Assembly: GCF_006345805.1 (NCBI RefSeq)
Contig: NC_043018.1
Location: 18,538,001-18,602,000 of the forward strand
Source: Octopus sinensis
Lineage: Eukaryota
Direction of reading: 5' to 3'
DNA length: 64,000 nt
Below, one piece after another: positions 47,901 to 62,329 of the stretch; position 1 is the stretch's first letter; every line of letters starts with the position of its first letter. A program made the translations under genes and the position numbers. The notes beneath the pieces are model-generated. The model had not been told where the DNA came from, ran no database searches, and worked only from the letters and a program-made list of their open reading frames with translations.

Positions 47901-48832
47901 ACACTCTACAATTTGTTTTTGTTGCCGTTTGTTGGTTCCTTTGTCTGATTTCCTTGCATTATCTCCATCTCTGGGATTTATGTTTGCAATATTTAAAATT
48001 TTTTTTTTTGTTTTCTTTTCTAGTATTTCATTTATTTTTTTGTTACATTTTTTATTTTCAACACATACTTTCCATGTATTTTTGTGCTTGTTGTTTGCAT
48101 ATTCATTACACATTCTTTCCGTTAAATCTTCTGTTTTCCATGTCTGAGATGTTTTTAAGTATGTATCTTCCTAAATTAGTCCATCTGCTCAAAAACTAAA
48201 AGTCAATTCTGAACTTAACTCTAAAAGTTATTCTGCTCTCTATATATCAAGTATGTGCGTTATGGTACTTTTATTGAGGGGAGGGGGGTCCAATGTTACT
48301 AAGTGCAGCTGTAAAATATGGTTTAGAGTGATGGCATCATATATATTCTCTAGAATATTTATGACTTTTTGGTTTTAGTTTATAAGTCTGAAGATTTATT
48401 TAAATTTTCATCATTTATAACAGAAAGTAGTTTATTGTCGTTGTCGTCATTGTTATAATTCTTGTTGATATTGTAGGTGGTGTATTGGTAAAATACTTTG
48501 AAATATTTCTTCCAGACTTAAGGCGGCATGAGCCGGCAGAATTAGTAATATACCAGATGAAGTGCTCAGTAGAATTTCTTCTGATTTCGTGTTCTGAGTT
48601 CAAATTCCGCCAGAGAGAACTTTGGCTTTCATCTTTTTGGGGCCGACAAAATAAGTTCCAATTAAGTACTTGAGTTGATGTAATCAAGGGGAATCCAGCC
48701 AAAATATTCCACCTGTTTTATGTTGAAACTGTCCTGATTTGGCCTCTCACACCAACCCTACAATGTCATACTAAGAACATGAGAATTGCAGAAAAGCTGC
48801 ATGTAAGTGGTGTCACACATAGGATGCAGACC

Positions 48833-49150
48833 ATCATCATCATCATTTAACGTCCGCTTTCCATGCTAGCATGGGTTGGACGATTTGACTGAGGACTGGT
48901 GAACCAGATGGCTGCACCAGGCTCCAATCTGATCTGGCAGTTTCTACAGCTGGATGCCCTTCCCAACGCCAACCACTCTGAGAGTGTAATGGGTGCATTT
49001 ACATGCTACCAGCACGAGGGCCAGTCAGGCGGTACTGGCAACAGCCACGAAAAATTCCTGGTTTTCTTTTACATGTCACCTGCACACTGGCACAAGTGCC
49101 AGTAAGGCGACGCTGGTAACAATCACGCTTGAATGGTGCTTTTTAGGTGC
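48833..49150 (-). mobile_element. RTE LINE 3' end (family C)
   Basis: Diagnostic terminus and hairpin units; followed by a deleted SINE B (49166-49415). Confidence 0.8.
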
Positions 49151-50054
49151 CACCAATACGTATATACTCTCTTTAGTCTTTACTCTTTTACTTGTTTCAG
49201 CCATTTGACTGCGGCCATGCTGGGGCACCACCTTTAGTCGAGCAAATCGACCCCGGGACTTATTCTTTGTAAGCCCAGTACTTATTCTATCGGTCTCTTT
49301 TGCCGAACTGCTAAGTGACGGGGACGTAAACACACCAGCATACACATATATACATATATATACATATATGCGACAGGCTTCTTTCAGTTTCCGTCTACCA
49401 AATCCACTCGCAAGGCATAACTTATTTTTATCTTCTCTTCTGTTTTATGAATTCAGCATGCACACGCCCATTGCATGTTCATACTTCTTCCCTTTCTGGT
49501 TCCTCTTCAAAACTATTTATATATCACAACCGTCTCATGAACATGCGTTCATGAGGAACGCTTCGTGCTACAATGGTTGCGAAATAAACAATCAGGTCAG
49601 TGAAATCTTGAAGCTACACATGAATAATTTCAAACACTATGAATAAATGAGCATTCACATTTGACAAATTTGAATGCTAACAGGTTAAAATGTTCTTTCT
49701 ATTGAACAAATACAGGAAGTTGATAGGTGAAGCAGATAATTTACAATATCATGAACAGGAAACACTGTAGGAACTGGATAATTCTACATTGTGCTTTTGG
49801 ACAGAGGCGAGAGTTGGCTGTTAGATGCATGGAAATTGTGTGTGACTGTAACAAATGTCAGTAAAGAATTTGAAAATCGAGAAAAAAAAAATATTCTAAA
49901 GGTTTTTATAATCAACAAAAACCTGATCAATGCCATTACTATATAAATGGTACCAGACATAGGAAATACTTTTGGCATACTGAACTGAAAGGTAACCAAA
50001 TAATATGCTATAAATGGCAAAAGTGAGACATTTTCTTTCTTAAAAACTATAAAA

Positions 50055-50118
50055 AAAAATAATAATAATAATAATGATAATAATAATAATAATAGTAGTA
50101 GTAGTAGTAATAATAATG

Positions 50119-50166
<48 letters not shown>

Positions 50167-50302
50167 ATAGTAGTAGTAGTAATAGTAGTAGTAGTAGTAG
50201 TAATAATAATAGTAATAATAATATTAGTAGTAATAATAATAATAATAGTAGTAGTAATAATAATAGTAGTAATAATATAATAATAATATAATAATGGTAG
50301 TA

Positions 50303-50353
<51 letters not shown>

Positions 50354-50548
50354 GTAATAATAATAATAATAATAATAATAGTAGTAGTAGTAATAATAAT
50401 AATAATAATAGTAATAATAATATTAGTAGTAATAATAATAATAATAATAGTAGTAGTAATAATAATAGTAGTAATAATAATAATAATAATAATAATAATG
50501 GTAGTAGTAATAATAATAATAATAATAAGAATAATAATAATAATAATA

Positions 50549-50579
<31 letters not shown>

Positions 50580-50593
50580 TAGTAGTAGTAGTA

Positions 50594-50647
<54 letters not shown>

Positions 50648-50650
50648 GTA
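50055..50650. repeat. (AAT/AGT)n microsatellite
   Basis: Direct reading. Confidence 0.95.
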
Positions 50651-50947
50651 ATAAATCCATTAGATTCCAGACAATGTATTTCATGCTTAAGAACTGAAGA
50701 CTCCAAGAAAGAAAAGTTGTAGGAATTTATTGAGTATCATAAACTGATAGCGTAATGTTGATTATGACATTTGCAATTCACACAAACAGTTATTTATTTA
50801 TATAGCAATTATGGCCACAACAGTGCCATTGGTTATAGGTTTCCAATGGACCAATCACAGAGTTCCTGATAGCGAAATTGATAAAGAAGCATGTAGAAAT
50901 TGGTGTAAAGGGCTTTGTTTTCAGAATACCATTTTGTTTTTACTAAT

Positions 50948-51305
50948 ACTCTTTCTCTTTTACTCTTTTACATGTTTCAGTCTTTTGACTGTGGCCATGC
51001 TGGAGCACCGCCTTTAGTCGAGCAAATCGACCCCGGGACTTATTCTTTGTAAGCCCAGTACTTATTCAATCGGTTTCTTTTGCCGAACCGCTAAGTGACG
51101 GGGACGTAAACACACCAGCATCGGTTGTCAAGCAATGCTAGGGGTACAAACACAGACACACAAACACATACACATACATACATATACATATATATACATT
51201 TATACGACAGGCTTCTTTCAGTTTCCGTCTACCAAATCCACTCACAAGGCTTTGGTCGGCCCGAGGCTGTAGCAGAAGACACTTGCCCAAGATGTCACGC
51301 AGTGT
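50948..51305 (-). mobile_element. SINE family B lacking most of the head
   Basis: Colinear with the B consensus from the tail to ..GTCACGCAGTG. Confidence 0.85.
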
Positions 51306-51410
51306 GATTGCTAATTCCTTGGGCACTTATATGGCATTTAGTTACCTTGTAACTGTTCCTCTGGATCTTTCCATATAAACTGAACATTCATATGTATCAC
51401 ACATAGATAC

Positions 51411-51660
51411 ATCATCATCATCGTTTAGCGTCCGCTTTCCATGCTGGCATGGGTTGGACGTTTCCACTGGGGTCTGGGAAGCCAGAAGGCTGCACCAGGC
51501 CCAGTCTGATCTGGCAATGTTTCTACGGCTGGATGCCCTTCCTAACGTCAACCACTCCGTGAGTGTAGTGGGTGCTTTTTACGTGCCAGGCGAGGCTGGC
51601 AATGGCCACAAACGGATGGTGCTTTTTACGTGCCACCGGCACGGGGGCCAGGTGAGGCAT
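51411..51660 (-). mobile_element. RTE LINE 3' end (family C)
   Basis: Diagnostic terminus. Confidence 0.85.
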
Positions 51661-52508
51661 ACATACATACATATACATATAATACCTATACATATATACA
51701 GACACAGACATACATACACATATATTTACACACCTGAACATATATATGCATGTGTGCATATACATGTGTTAGTGTGTTTCTTGATGCTTAATCCAGTACT
51801 GTCTTGGTTTTGCATCCATTTATGCCCCATAGGGTAGCAGTTCAACAAACAGTGACCGAGAAAATAAATATTAGAAAAGAATACACAAAGCAACCAATAT
51901 GATTGAACAAAACCTTCAAAGGTGGCGTTGTTGCATGGTCAGTTTTCAGTGACAAGAAACTAGTTAAAGAAACAGACAAAGTTTTAGACATAACAGCTCA
52001 ATGATATCATTCTATGTCCACCACGTCACCTGGTACCACCTCCTTCAACAAAATCCCCTATGGCGCACATGTAAGTGTCGACATGTCTTAGAAAATGACA
52101 ATTCCAATATCCTGTGGAACATCAGTAATCATACAGGCCACTTAGCAGCAGTAAACCAGCCACTTTTCCAAAGACAAAACGTGACAATCGTGTGTTAATA
52201 AATGAAACTGCAACACTAAATATCTTTAGTGTCAAGCAGAAACTAGCTGAAAGCAACAGCACTGACACGACTATTGAAACGAGGAATAGAAAAAGCCCGG
52301 TGGCGCATAATAAATGTGTCCATAATTTTATTTATAATTGGCGCTGCGCTCCTGATGCACAATTGCATTTGTAATGACATTAAAAAGTTAAGCATGGTGG
52401 TAGGCAAAAGCATGCTGCAGTCATGAACTGATCTTCCAAAACATATTTCTTTCTTCTTGTTTGTCGGGGGGAAAGGAAGCAAACGATGTTTCTCTACAAC
52501 TTTTAACA

Positions 52509-52543
<35 letters not shown>

Positions 52544-52982
52544 ATAATAATAATAATAATAATAATGATAATAATAATAATAATCATAAGAAGAGCATTG
52601 TCGCTGTGAGAACTATTACTACCCATGTATTTTAATTTAATTTAAAAAATTAAAAAATGAACGAACTATTGAGTTTAGCTTAATGGCCTACCAATGTATA
52701 CTATGAGTTTCTTTGCCCTAGGAGTCGGGAAGACACTCGGCAAGAAATGGAAGCAAATTTGAAAGAAGAAGAAAAAAAAAAATAATAATAATAATAATAA
52801 TTAATTAATTCTTTTTATTGGCCACAAGGGCTGACACACTTGATTGGGAAACATAAAGGGACAAAACAGGACGAAAAGGTTACAAAAGGTTTTGTCCATT
52901 TTTCGAAAGAAAAAAAGTCCGTGTAAACAAGCTTTACAAAAACGAAAGAATTCAACAATTTACAATACTCCCAATAGTAATA

Positions 52983-53680
52983 ATGGAGAAACTTTCAGAA
53001 TACAAAGACCCGGAAATAGAGGTAACTCGAATGTGGAATCTAAAAGCAGAAACAATTCTTATCATAGTAGGTGCATTAGGTATGATAAAAAAAATATTCA
53101 GACAAATACATAACAAAAACACCAGGACTTACAAATATATTCTTTTACTCTTTTACTCTTTTACTTGTTTCAGTCATTTGACTGCGGCCATGCTGGAGCA
53201 CCGCCTTTAATCGAGCAACTGGACCCCAGGACTTATTCTTTTGTAAGCCCAGTACTTATTCTATCGGTCTCTTTTGCCCAACCGCCAAGTAACGGGGACA
53301 TAAACACACTAGCATCGGTTGTCAAGCAATGCTAGGGGGACAAACGCAAACACACAAACAAACACATGCATATACATATATATATACATATATACGACGG
53401 GCTTCTTTCAGTTTCCGTCTACCAAATCCACTCACAAGGCTTTGGTCGGCCCGAGGCTATAGTAGAAGACACTTGCCCAGGGTGCCATGCAGTGGGACTG
53501 AACCCGGAACCATGTGGTTGGTAAACAAGCTACTTACCACACAGCCACTCCTGCGCCTATATATATAACATACAGAAAATAGCACTACTAGGCACTGCAC
53601 ACATCTTACGTAAAACACTTTCAATACCGTAAAAATAAGAGCATCACAACAAACCACAGCACATACCTGAAATCATGTGG
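52983..53680 (+). mobile_element. R4/Dong-like LINE C-terminus split by a SINE B
   Basis: EKLSEYKDPEIEVTRMWNLKAETILIIVGALGMIKK before the SINE and NIQKIALLGTAHILRKTLS after it. Confidence 0.85.
53141..53557 (-). mobile_element. SINE family B, full length
   Basis: Complete head to tail. Confidence 0.92.
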
Positions 53681-54237
53681 TTGGGAAGCAAGCTACTTAC
53701 CACACAGCCACAAATGGAATTCTGTCTACCAAAATATCACTAACAAGAAATTGCTCATTGCTAAAGTGCGAGACACTCGGCCAAAGCGTCACACAACGAG
53801 ATCAATAAGACGGAACCCAGAACCATATGATTAAGAGACAAACTTCTTAATTCTATGGCAATTTATCATGGAGTCTCTTGTCACTGCTCTCTGCAGCAGG
53901 AACAACATTTTGCAGAGCCAAGGTCCATGGAGATGTATTTGATTATGAAATGGAAGCATGTGGTAATTGCAAGAGTGCAGAATAATTGATAACGAGGATG
54001 CTGGTGATAAGACGAGGAAGCATAAAACGGAAAAATATCAATAACCACAAAGATAACAAAACAAAAGCAAAGCTGACAAGGAAAACCGCGCAACGCATTA
54101 AACTTGGTCGTTGTCATAAAATGAAATGTCAGGTGATAAAAATAACAGGTTTTAATACTCAGACCTGTTAAGAGTAATAAGTTAAAATTACTATGTTCTC
54201 AGTTAGAAGATAAGTTACCTTTAGCAAATAACTATGA

Positions 54238-54239
<2 letters not shown>

Positions 54240-54321
<82 letters not shown>

Positions 54322-54395
54322 GCATATATATATATATATATATATGTACATATATATATTTATATACATATATATATATATAATATATATGTACA

Positions 54396-54432
<37 letters not shown>

Positions 54433-54439
54433 TATATAT

Positions 54440-54481
<42 letters not shown>

Positions 54482-54550
54482 ATATATACATATATATGTA
54501 CATAAATATATATGTACATATATATATATATGTACATATATATATATATA

Positions 54551-54592
<42 letters not shown>

Positions 54593-54730
54593 TACATATA
54601 TATATACATATATACATATATGTGTAAACACATTTGTGCATATATGTGTATGTATATGTATGAAAGTGTATATACATATGTGTATGATCTCTCTCACACA
54701 CACACACACACACATACACATATATGCATC
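54240..54730. repeat. (AT)n/(AC)n microsatellite
   Basis: Direct reading. Confidence 0.95.
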
Positions 54731-55128
54731 TATGTGTGTGCATATTTGATAAAAGACAGCGGTGCTAATATTCACACTATTTAAAGTGCATCGTTTAAAT
54801 AGAAATCAGTATTTTTGCTTGTTATGATGGAATCGGGAAAAGCGGAGAACTTTTTTTACATTTGGAAAACTATGCTAAACACACAAATATTGCTAAAATT
54901 CTACAGAAAAGTTGACACAGAAATAGTAAACAACAATAACAACATGATAGAAAAGTAGAGGGTGAATGAGTAAACAGACTGACATCAATCTAACCACGGA
55001 AGGTAATTCATTGCCGTGTTATGGAAGAGAAGGTGGTTTAAATTAGTTAATAGTGCAACTGACAGTGTGTATGCATCTGTAAGTGTGTGCATATATACAA
55101 TATGTCTATACATATTGTATGTACATGT

Positions 55129-55547
55129 GGTGCAGGAGTGGCTGTGTGGTAAGTAGCTTGTCTACCAACCACATGGTTCCGGGTTCAGTCCCACTGCGTG
55201 GCACCTTGGGCAAGTGTCTTCTACTATAGCCTCGGACCGACCAAAGCCTTGTGAGTGGATTTGGTAGACGGAAACTGAAAGAAGCCTGTCGTATATATGT
55301 ATATATATATATATATATGCGTGTGTGTGTTTGTGTGTCTGTGTTTATCTCCTAGCATTGCTTGACAACCGATGCTGGTGTGTTTATGTCCCCGTTACTT
55401 AGCGGTTCGGCAAAATAGACCGATAGAATAAGTACTGGGCTTATAAAAGAATAAGTCCCGGGGTCGAGTTGCTCGATTAAAGGCGGTGCTCCAGCATGGC
55501 CACAGTCAAATGACTGAAACAAGTAAAATAGTAAAAGAGTAAAAGAG
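55129..55547 (+). mobile_element. SINE family B, full length
   Basis: Complete head to tail. Confidence 0.92.
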
Positions 55548-55569
55548 TATACATATATATATATAAAGA

Positions 55570-56005
55570 GAGCACCATATGAGCGTGATCGTTGACAGAG
55601 CGGCTATTCGAGTATGATCATTACCAGCATCACCTTACTGGCACTTATGCCTGTGCTAGTAGGGTACCAAGAACACCATCCGAGCGTGATTTTTGCCAGA
55701 GCAGCCAACTGGCTTCCGTACCCGTGGCACGTAAAAGGGCACCATTCGAGCGTGATCGCTTCCAACATCGCTTCCCTGGCACCTGTGCCGGTGGCACGTG
55801 TAAAAAGATTCGAGCGAGGTCATTGCCAGTACCGCCCAACTGGCCCCTGTGCAGGTGGCACGTAAAAAAGCACCCACTACACTCTTGGAGTGACCAGATC
55901 AAGACTGGAGCCTGGTACAGCCATCTGGTTGCCAGCCCCCAGTCAAAACCATCCAACCCATGCTAGCATGGAAAACTGACGTTAAATGATGATGATGATG
56001 ATGAT
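55570..56005 (+). mobile_element. RTE LINE 3' UTR (family C variant) with tandem units
   Basis: Repeated CACCAT(T/C)CGAGCGTGATC / GTGGCACGTAAAA units, CCATGCTAGCATGG, (GAT)n. Confidence 0.85.
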
Positions 56006-56027
56006 ATATATATGTGTGGGTGTGTGT

Positions 56028-56326
56028 GGAGGCTCAATGGCCCAGTGGTTAGGGCAGCGGACTCGCGGTCGTAGGATTGCGGTTTCGATTCCCAGACCGG
56101 GCGTTGTGAGTGTTTATTGAGAGAAAACACCTAAAGCTCCACAAGGCTCCGGCAGGGGGTGGTGGCGATCTCTGCCGTACTCTTTTGCCACAATTTTCTC
56201 TCACTGTTTCTTCTGTTGGCCTGCTTGCTTAGCCAGCTGGTTGGCATCATTTGAAGGCTAAAACAATGCGAAGCGCATTGTGACCAGCGATGTGTAGTAA
56301 CATCTGATAGCCTCGTCGGTCACGGT

Positions 56327-56330
<4 letters not shown>
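56028..56330 (+). mobile_element. tRNA-derived SINE (OK-like head, OR-like tail)
   Basis: A box TGGCCCAGTGG, B box GGTTTCGATTCC; the tail GGCCTGC..GCATTGTGACCAGCGATGTG..GTCGGTCACG matches 32782-32892. Assignment to the published octopus OK/OR names is from memory. Confidence 0.8.
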
Positions 56331-56375
<45 letters not shown>

Positions 56376-56719
56376 TGGTTGTGTGGTAAGTAACTTGCTT
56401 ACCAAACACATGGTTCCGGTTTCAGTCCCACCAAGTGGCACCTTGGGCAAGTGTTTTCTACTATGGCCTCGGGCCGACCAAAGCTTTGTAAGTGGATTTC
56501 TTACACGGAAACTGAAAGTAGCCTATTGTATGTATGTATGTGTGTGTGTGTGTATGCCTGTGTGTGAGGGTTTGTCCGACCCCCCAACATCGCTTGACAA
56601 CTGATCTCAAACAATGATGATAATGATGGTGGAGGTGGTGGTGACAGTGATGATAATGATGATGACGATGATGATGATGATGATGATATGCTTGACAGAG
56701 TAAATGTGAATGCAAAAAG

Positions 56720-57860
56720 GTTAAAGGAGATGAGAGGGGGACCACCTTGATTGGACAAGCATATGATTTGAAACTGGTGACAAACATCCAAGGTTATTGA
56801 ACAGATGTCGCTATAGAGCATTAATAAAGCAAGAAAAAATTTCTTCTGTCATTGAAGAAGCCGATTAATATGTAACAGAAGCAGAGATAAGAGACGGCTA
56901 CAAGGAAGATGCAGAGAAATACAACAAAAGCTATTAAAATCACCGGAAGCTAAACTGGAAAAAGGATTACTAAATATTATGATAAAACTTTGGCAAGAAA
57001 AGAGTCTACATGGCTAATACCCGAGAAGATTTAGAGAAGGGGGGAAAAAAAAAAACGGATAAAGAAAAGAACTCAGTACAGGCTGTGAAGTAAAGAATAT
57101 AGAGCTGCAAAGCCTGAAGTGTTTTTGATAGCGGCTCGTGATCAAGTTTTCCTACTTGGAATTAACAAAAGCTGATAATGAGGGAAAATGTGAAGGAGTT
57201 GGGAATAAACAATGAACTGTTTTGTTACTGGAAGTCTAAACAAAAACATAAGTGATCTGGAACTTTTGTATAAGAGAATAATAGAATAACAGAATACTCA
57301 GAGAAAACGGGCGGGGTACAAACTATAGCCTACAACAGGTTTCAGATAATGGCAACGTGATTATACTCAAGGACATAACAATTCATTTGGACAGGAAAAC
57401 TAAGGAAGATTGTTAAAATATCATTGTCAAAGACTATCAAGAGAGGAAATGTCTTGTAATCAATGTATCAATTACAAGAGCAGACAATATATATCTAAAT
57501 GAAAAGGAGAAACTATTCAAATATAAAGATTTTGGAATAGAGATATAGAAAATGTGGTGGAAATGGCAATGTTTGGCAGCGAAAACAGACTTTAAAATAA
57601 TGGTTGCTTTGAGAATGATAAAAAGAAATGCGGCCAAGTATATTTAAGGAAAACTGCAGGATATATACGCATATGCAATTTAGAGAAACTAGTGCTACTA
57701 ATCACTGCTCACACATATATTATGTAGGGTCATTTAAATACAACAGAAAGACATAAAACCAAAATAAAAGACTGCTTTTGTACCAAAGACACACAGAGCT
57801 GCACTAAATTGTGCAGTGAAAGCACGCTATAAAATAAAACTTCTGAAAAATAATAATGGT
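56720..57860 (+). mobile_element. Heavily decayed R4/Dong-like LINE 3' part
   Basis: W..K.LHG, AA.DQ, NV.IL.D..IH.DRK, ..KCLVINVSI..DNI.L.EKEKL.KYKD..IEI.KMW; 3' UTR GACACACAGAGCTGCACT..GTGAAAGCACGCTATAAAAT. Confidence 0.75.
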
Positions 57861-59116
57861 AAGCCAGAGCAAAATTCCGACAATGGCTCAAAAGCTCCGC
57901 ACTAAAAGTAGGAATGAAAGGAAATGATTTTAACTGCACAGGATCAATACCTAGCTGCAAATAACTACAACAACAACAACAACAACAACAATATGGTCAT
58001 TAAACTAAAGGCTAACATCATGTGTAGTCTGACACATGACACTTAAATGATTTTTGGAATATATCCACAGACATGACTAGGTTGGCAGCTATGACCAACA
58101 AGAGATAGTTTAAGACTCTGACAGGAAATCAGGAAAAATGGTCAAAGGAACAAAACCCAGTATATTCTAGAGAGAGATGGCCACCACCGCCTGAGGATAT
58201 ATCTGGCCAGATTCACAAGAAGTTCAATGTTTGGTGTGCTAACGATTCTGCCAGTTTGCCACCTTATTAGATATCCTTATTAATTACTAATTAAAGGTGG
58301 TGAGGTAAAATGACAGGTAAAATGCTTAGTGGCATTTCATCCATCATTATGTTTTTAGTTCAAATTCTACTGAGGTTCGACCGGGGTCTGGAAAGCCAGG
58401 AGGCTGCACCAGGCTCCAGTCTGACCTGGTAGTGTTTCTACAGCTGGATGCCCTTCCTAACGCCAACCACTCCATGAGTGTAGTGGGTGCTTTTTACATG
58501 CCACTGGCACAGGGGCCAGAGGAGGCTGGCGATGGCCAAGATTGGTTGGTGCTTTTTATGTGCCACCGGTACCATTAATTTTATTCTCCACTGCATCAAA
58601 CTAGAACTGCTGAGGACTGCAGCTATACCAAACACTGCAGCTCAATATACTTCCACCAAGTTTCTGATGCATCAAGACTGAATGGGTTCAAGTAGAACTG
58701 TAGACATTATTTCGAATATCTCTTAGTAGCAGAGTCAGACCAAGGATTTCTGAGAGTTGTCCATAATCTCAGGTGGAAAGAGTGTCAATTAAAAGAAGTT
58801 GATCTTCACCGATTCCTTGATTACTCTGAAGGATGTTGTCCCCTTTACCCATCGGTAATCTTCAACAGAACATGAGGGCTTATGTGCCACTGGCTCCATT
58901 GCCTCACTCTAAGAGAACTGTGACCATCAAAACAGAATTGCTGGTTCCTGGTGCCCAATCTTGGTTTTTGCTTGACCCAGGTCCACAGGTTCATCATACA
59001 ATAACAACAACAACAAAAGTAATAAAATTATTTCTAACACAAGTGCGGGACCTGAAATTTGAAGTCAGTATATTAATGTCCAACCCATGCCAGCAAGAAA
59101 AACGAATGTTAAACAG

Positions 59117-59149
<33 letters not shown>

Positions 59150-59193
59150 CGATAACGATGATAATGATGATGATGATGACGACGACGATGATA

Positions 59194-59241
<48 letters not shown>

Positions 59242-59739
59242 GATCCCCAGTACATGTCTAGTATTTCCCAGAAATAACGAGAGGCCAAGTTGACCGTGGC
59301 AGTATTTGAACTCAGAGGCTACAGAGCTGTAACTAAACACCACATGGCCATTTCATCAGATAATCCAGTGGCTCCACCTATCAGCCACTCTATATTCCTG
59401 TGGAGTTAATAAAGGGTTTAGACTGGAATTTTTAGGGATGTTACCAAATATTCTTGGCACCGGAAGAAGATCTGTGAAGAAAATGCTAAAAATGTTGCGA
59501 CTCTAATGACCAAGATTTAAAACATTAACTTGAATATAATAGTGAATATAATAGCAATTAGATTAATGTCTCAGGGGTTGACAGGGTGCCTTTTATATGT
59601 TCGTTAAACTCCTTTCCTTTAATTACTCACTCATCTGTCCCTTGGAAGAAGGCACTCAAATCTCAATCAAACGTTATTAATGATAATGAAGATGATGAGG
59701 AGGATGAAAACGATTCACAGCAATAGTAATATTAAAGAT

Positions 59740-60131
59740 ACCAATGCTGGTAATAATAATAATAATAATGATGAAGCTTAATACTAACAATACTAATTCT
59801 GAAAAGAGTGGCGCTAATGAGAGGGACACAATAATATCAATGTTAACAGATTTTTAAAACAATATTAACAACACTAATAACGTTAATACGAGCAATACTG
59901 AAAATAATAATAATGATAATAATAATAATAAGGAGAAGAAGAAGGAGGAGGAGGAGGAGAATAATAATAATAATAATAATAATAATGATAATAATGATAA
60001 TAATAATAATTATAATAATAATAATAATAATAATAAGGAGAAGAAAAAGGAGGAGGAGGATAATAATAATAATAATAATAATAATATAATAATAATGATA
60101 ATAATACTAATGATAATAATAATAATAATAA

Positions 60132-60163
<32 letters not shown>

Positions 60164-60244
60164 TAATAATAATAATGATAATAATAATATAATAATAAGA
60201 AGAAGAAGAAGAAGGAGGAGGAGGAGAATAATAATAATAATAAA

Positions 60245-60311
<67 letters not shown>

Positions 60312-60460
60312 AGAAGAAGAAGAAGAAGAAGAAGAAGAAGAAGAAGAAAAAGAATAGTAATAATGATAATAATAATAATAATGATGATGATGATAATAAT
60401 GATAGTAATACTAATAATGGTGATATTAACTGTAATAATACTAACAATAATAATGACAAG
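59740..60460. repeat. (AAT)/(AAG)/(GGA)n compound microsatellite
   Basis: Direct reading. Confidence 0.95.
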
Positions 60461-60899
60461 AATCAAGGAAAATGAAGAATATACAGAAGTACTGAAATTC
60501 AAATATTTGATTGGACTATCCTGAGTTCCTTTTCATACAAAGAAGATTTCATCAAGTTTCTGGTTAAAACAAGAAAAAAAAAAACAGAAACAGAAACAAG
60601 AAAAAGAAAATAGAAAAAAAAAATCTGAGTCAAAAAAGTTTTGTATAAATCTGATGGAACTCTCCTGTCATATTGTAATTATGTAATTATATTAAATGCC
60701 GTTATAGAGAATCGTGGCTGCAGGAAATCGCAAATCGCACGGCTAAAATTAGTCATGAATGTCAAACTTTCATGCCTAATTGCAAAGCAAAAAGACAAAA
60801 ATTCCGATTGAACATCTTTGGTGATTAACTGGCACTGAATCTTGATGGCATTTCAAAAGTGTTGCATGTCATCAGCATATTTCGAAATATAGTGTTTCA

Positions 60900-61338
60900 A
60901 AGAAAAGTAGCTTCGGTTCCGTAGCAGATTTGTAAATACAGAAATAAATTAGCACACTTGGAAAAGTACCCCAGACTTTTGATTTCAAGAGTCATTGTGT
61001 TACTTCAACCCGAAAAGGTAGGCTTTTAATTGTTGTACACATGTGAAATGCCATAGCTTCAACTATAGACTTTTCGACTCGCTTTGGCATAAAATTCCTG
61101 CTTATGTGAGACTGTCGCATCAAGTTATGTGTTGACTTCTTTGGAGTTTGAGTAATTCTTTGGAGCATGTCCTAAATAACTCCTGGTGTTTGAACTTTAG
61201 GGCTTCTCTGTTTAGAGACGTTATGCACTGACCCTGTAGCATGCCATTTCTTAACCAACATTTGTGTCATTCCCTTTGCCAGTAAGCCTTTACCTGGAAA
61301 CTTGACTTCAAGAATTTCATGGAGTTTTGCTTAACAGA
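60900..61338 (-). mobile_element. Tc1/mariner-superfamily N-terminal remnant
   Basis: KFPGK..MLVKKWHATGSVHN..RSPKVQTPGVI.DMLQRITQTPKKSTHNL resembles the LV.KF..TGSV...R..T.E.I......P.KS.R.L HTH region. Confidence 0.6.
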
Positions 61339-61339
61339 A

Positions 61340-61700
61340 CCCGTGGCCGTTGCCAGCGCCACCCCGACTGGCCTCGTGCCGGTGGCACGTAAAAAGCACC
61401 ATCCGATCGTGGCCGTTTGCCAGCCTCGCCTCGCCCCCGTGCCGGTGGCACGTAAAAAGCACCATCCGATCGTGGCCGTTTGCCAGCCTCGTCTGGCACC
61501 TGTGCTGGTGGCATGTAAAAAGCACCCACTACACTCACGGAGTGGTTGACGTTAGGAAGGGCATCCAGCCGTAGAAACATTGCCAGATCAGACTGGGCCT
61601 GGTGCAGCCTTCTGGCTTCCCAGACCCCAGGTGAACCGTCCAACCCATGCTAGCATGGAAAGCGGACGCTAAACGATGATGATGATGATGATGATGATGA
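61340..61700 (+). mobile_element. RTE LINE 3' UTR (family C), young copy with three 63-bp units
   Basis: CGTGCCGGTGGCACGTAAAAAGCACC at 61375 and 61438, variant at 61501; CpGs largely intact. Confidence 0.9.
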
Positions 61701-61744
61701 TTCTCATATATACTTCTACAATTTCTACTCTTTCTGCTATTGAT

Positions 61745-62142
61745 TCTTTTACTCTTTTACTTGTTTCAGTTATTTGACTGTGGCCATGCTGGAGCACTGC
61801 CTTTAGTCGAACAAATCGACCCCGGGACTTATTCTTTGGAAGCTTAGTACTTATTCAATTGGTCTCTTTTGCTGAACCACTAAGTTACAGGGACGTAAAC
61901 ACACCACCATTGTCAAGCAATGTTGAGGGGACAAACACAGACACACAAACACACACATATATATATACACAGACATATATATGACAGGCTTTTTTCAGTT
62001 TCCATCTACCAAATCCACTCACAAGGCTTTGGTCGGCTTGAGGCTATAGTAGAAGACACTTGCCCAAAATGCCACACGGTGGGACTGAACCCGGAACGAT
62101 GTGGTTGGTAAGCAAGCTACTTACCACACAGCCACTCCTGCG
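61745..62142 (-). mobile_element. SINE family B, full length
   Basis: Complete head to tail. Confidence 0.9.
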
Positions 62143-62329
62143 GAAAAGGCTGGAGATATCCAACCAGTGCACTCTCACAATCAACCAATGTGTTGAGGAT
62201 GACCTAGCAAATAGTCAACTTGCGCACCTTCTTTGTTCAGCTGTTATAAGAGGTCGAAATAATGCAATGACACCTGTAAATGAAAGGCTGAGAGGTTTAT
62301 CAGGCGTATAAATTTATTTCTGTATTTTA

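Noticed and set aside
51997-52070. + strand exon candidate LNDIILCPPRHLVPPPSTKSPMAH with a GTAAGT donor
   Set aside because: The acceptor lacks a pyrimidine tract and the frame is ambiguous; left unresolved pending RNA-seq
53897-53962. + strand 66-nt exon candidate (QEQHFAEPRSMEMYLIMKWKHV or xGTTFCRAKVHGDVFDYEMEAC)
   Set aside because: Good acceptor but a moderate donor, two open frames and no recognisable homology; cannot be tied to the gene without reads
61340-61530. CRISPR-like look of regularly spaced palindromic repeats
   Set aside because: The spacers are near-identical rather than unique, the context is a eukaryotic LINE 3' UTR, and there are no cas genes
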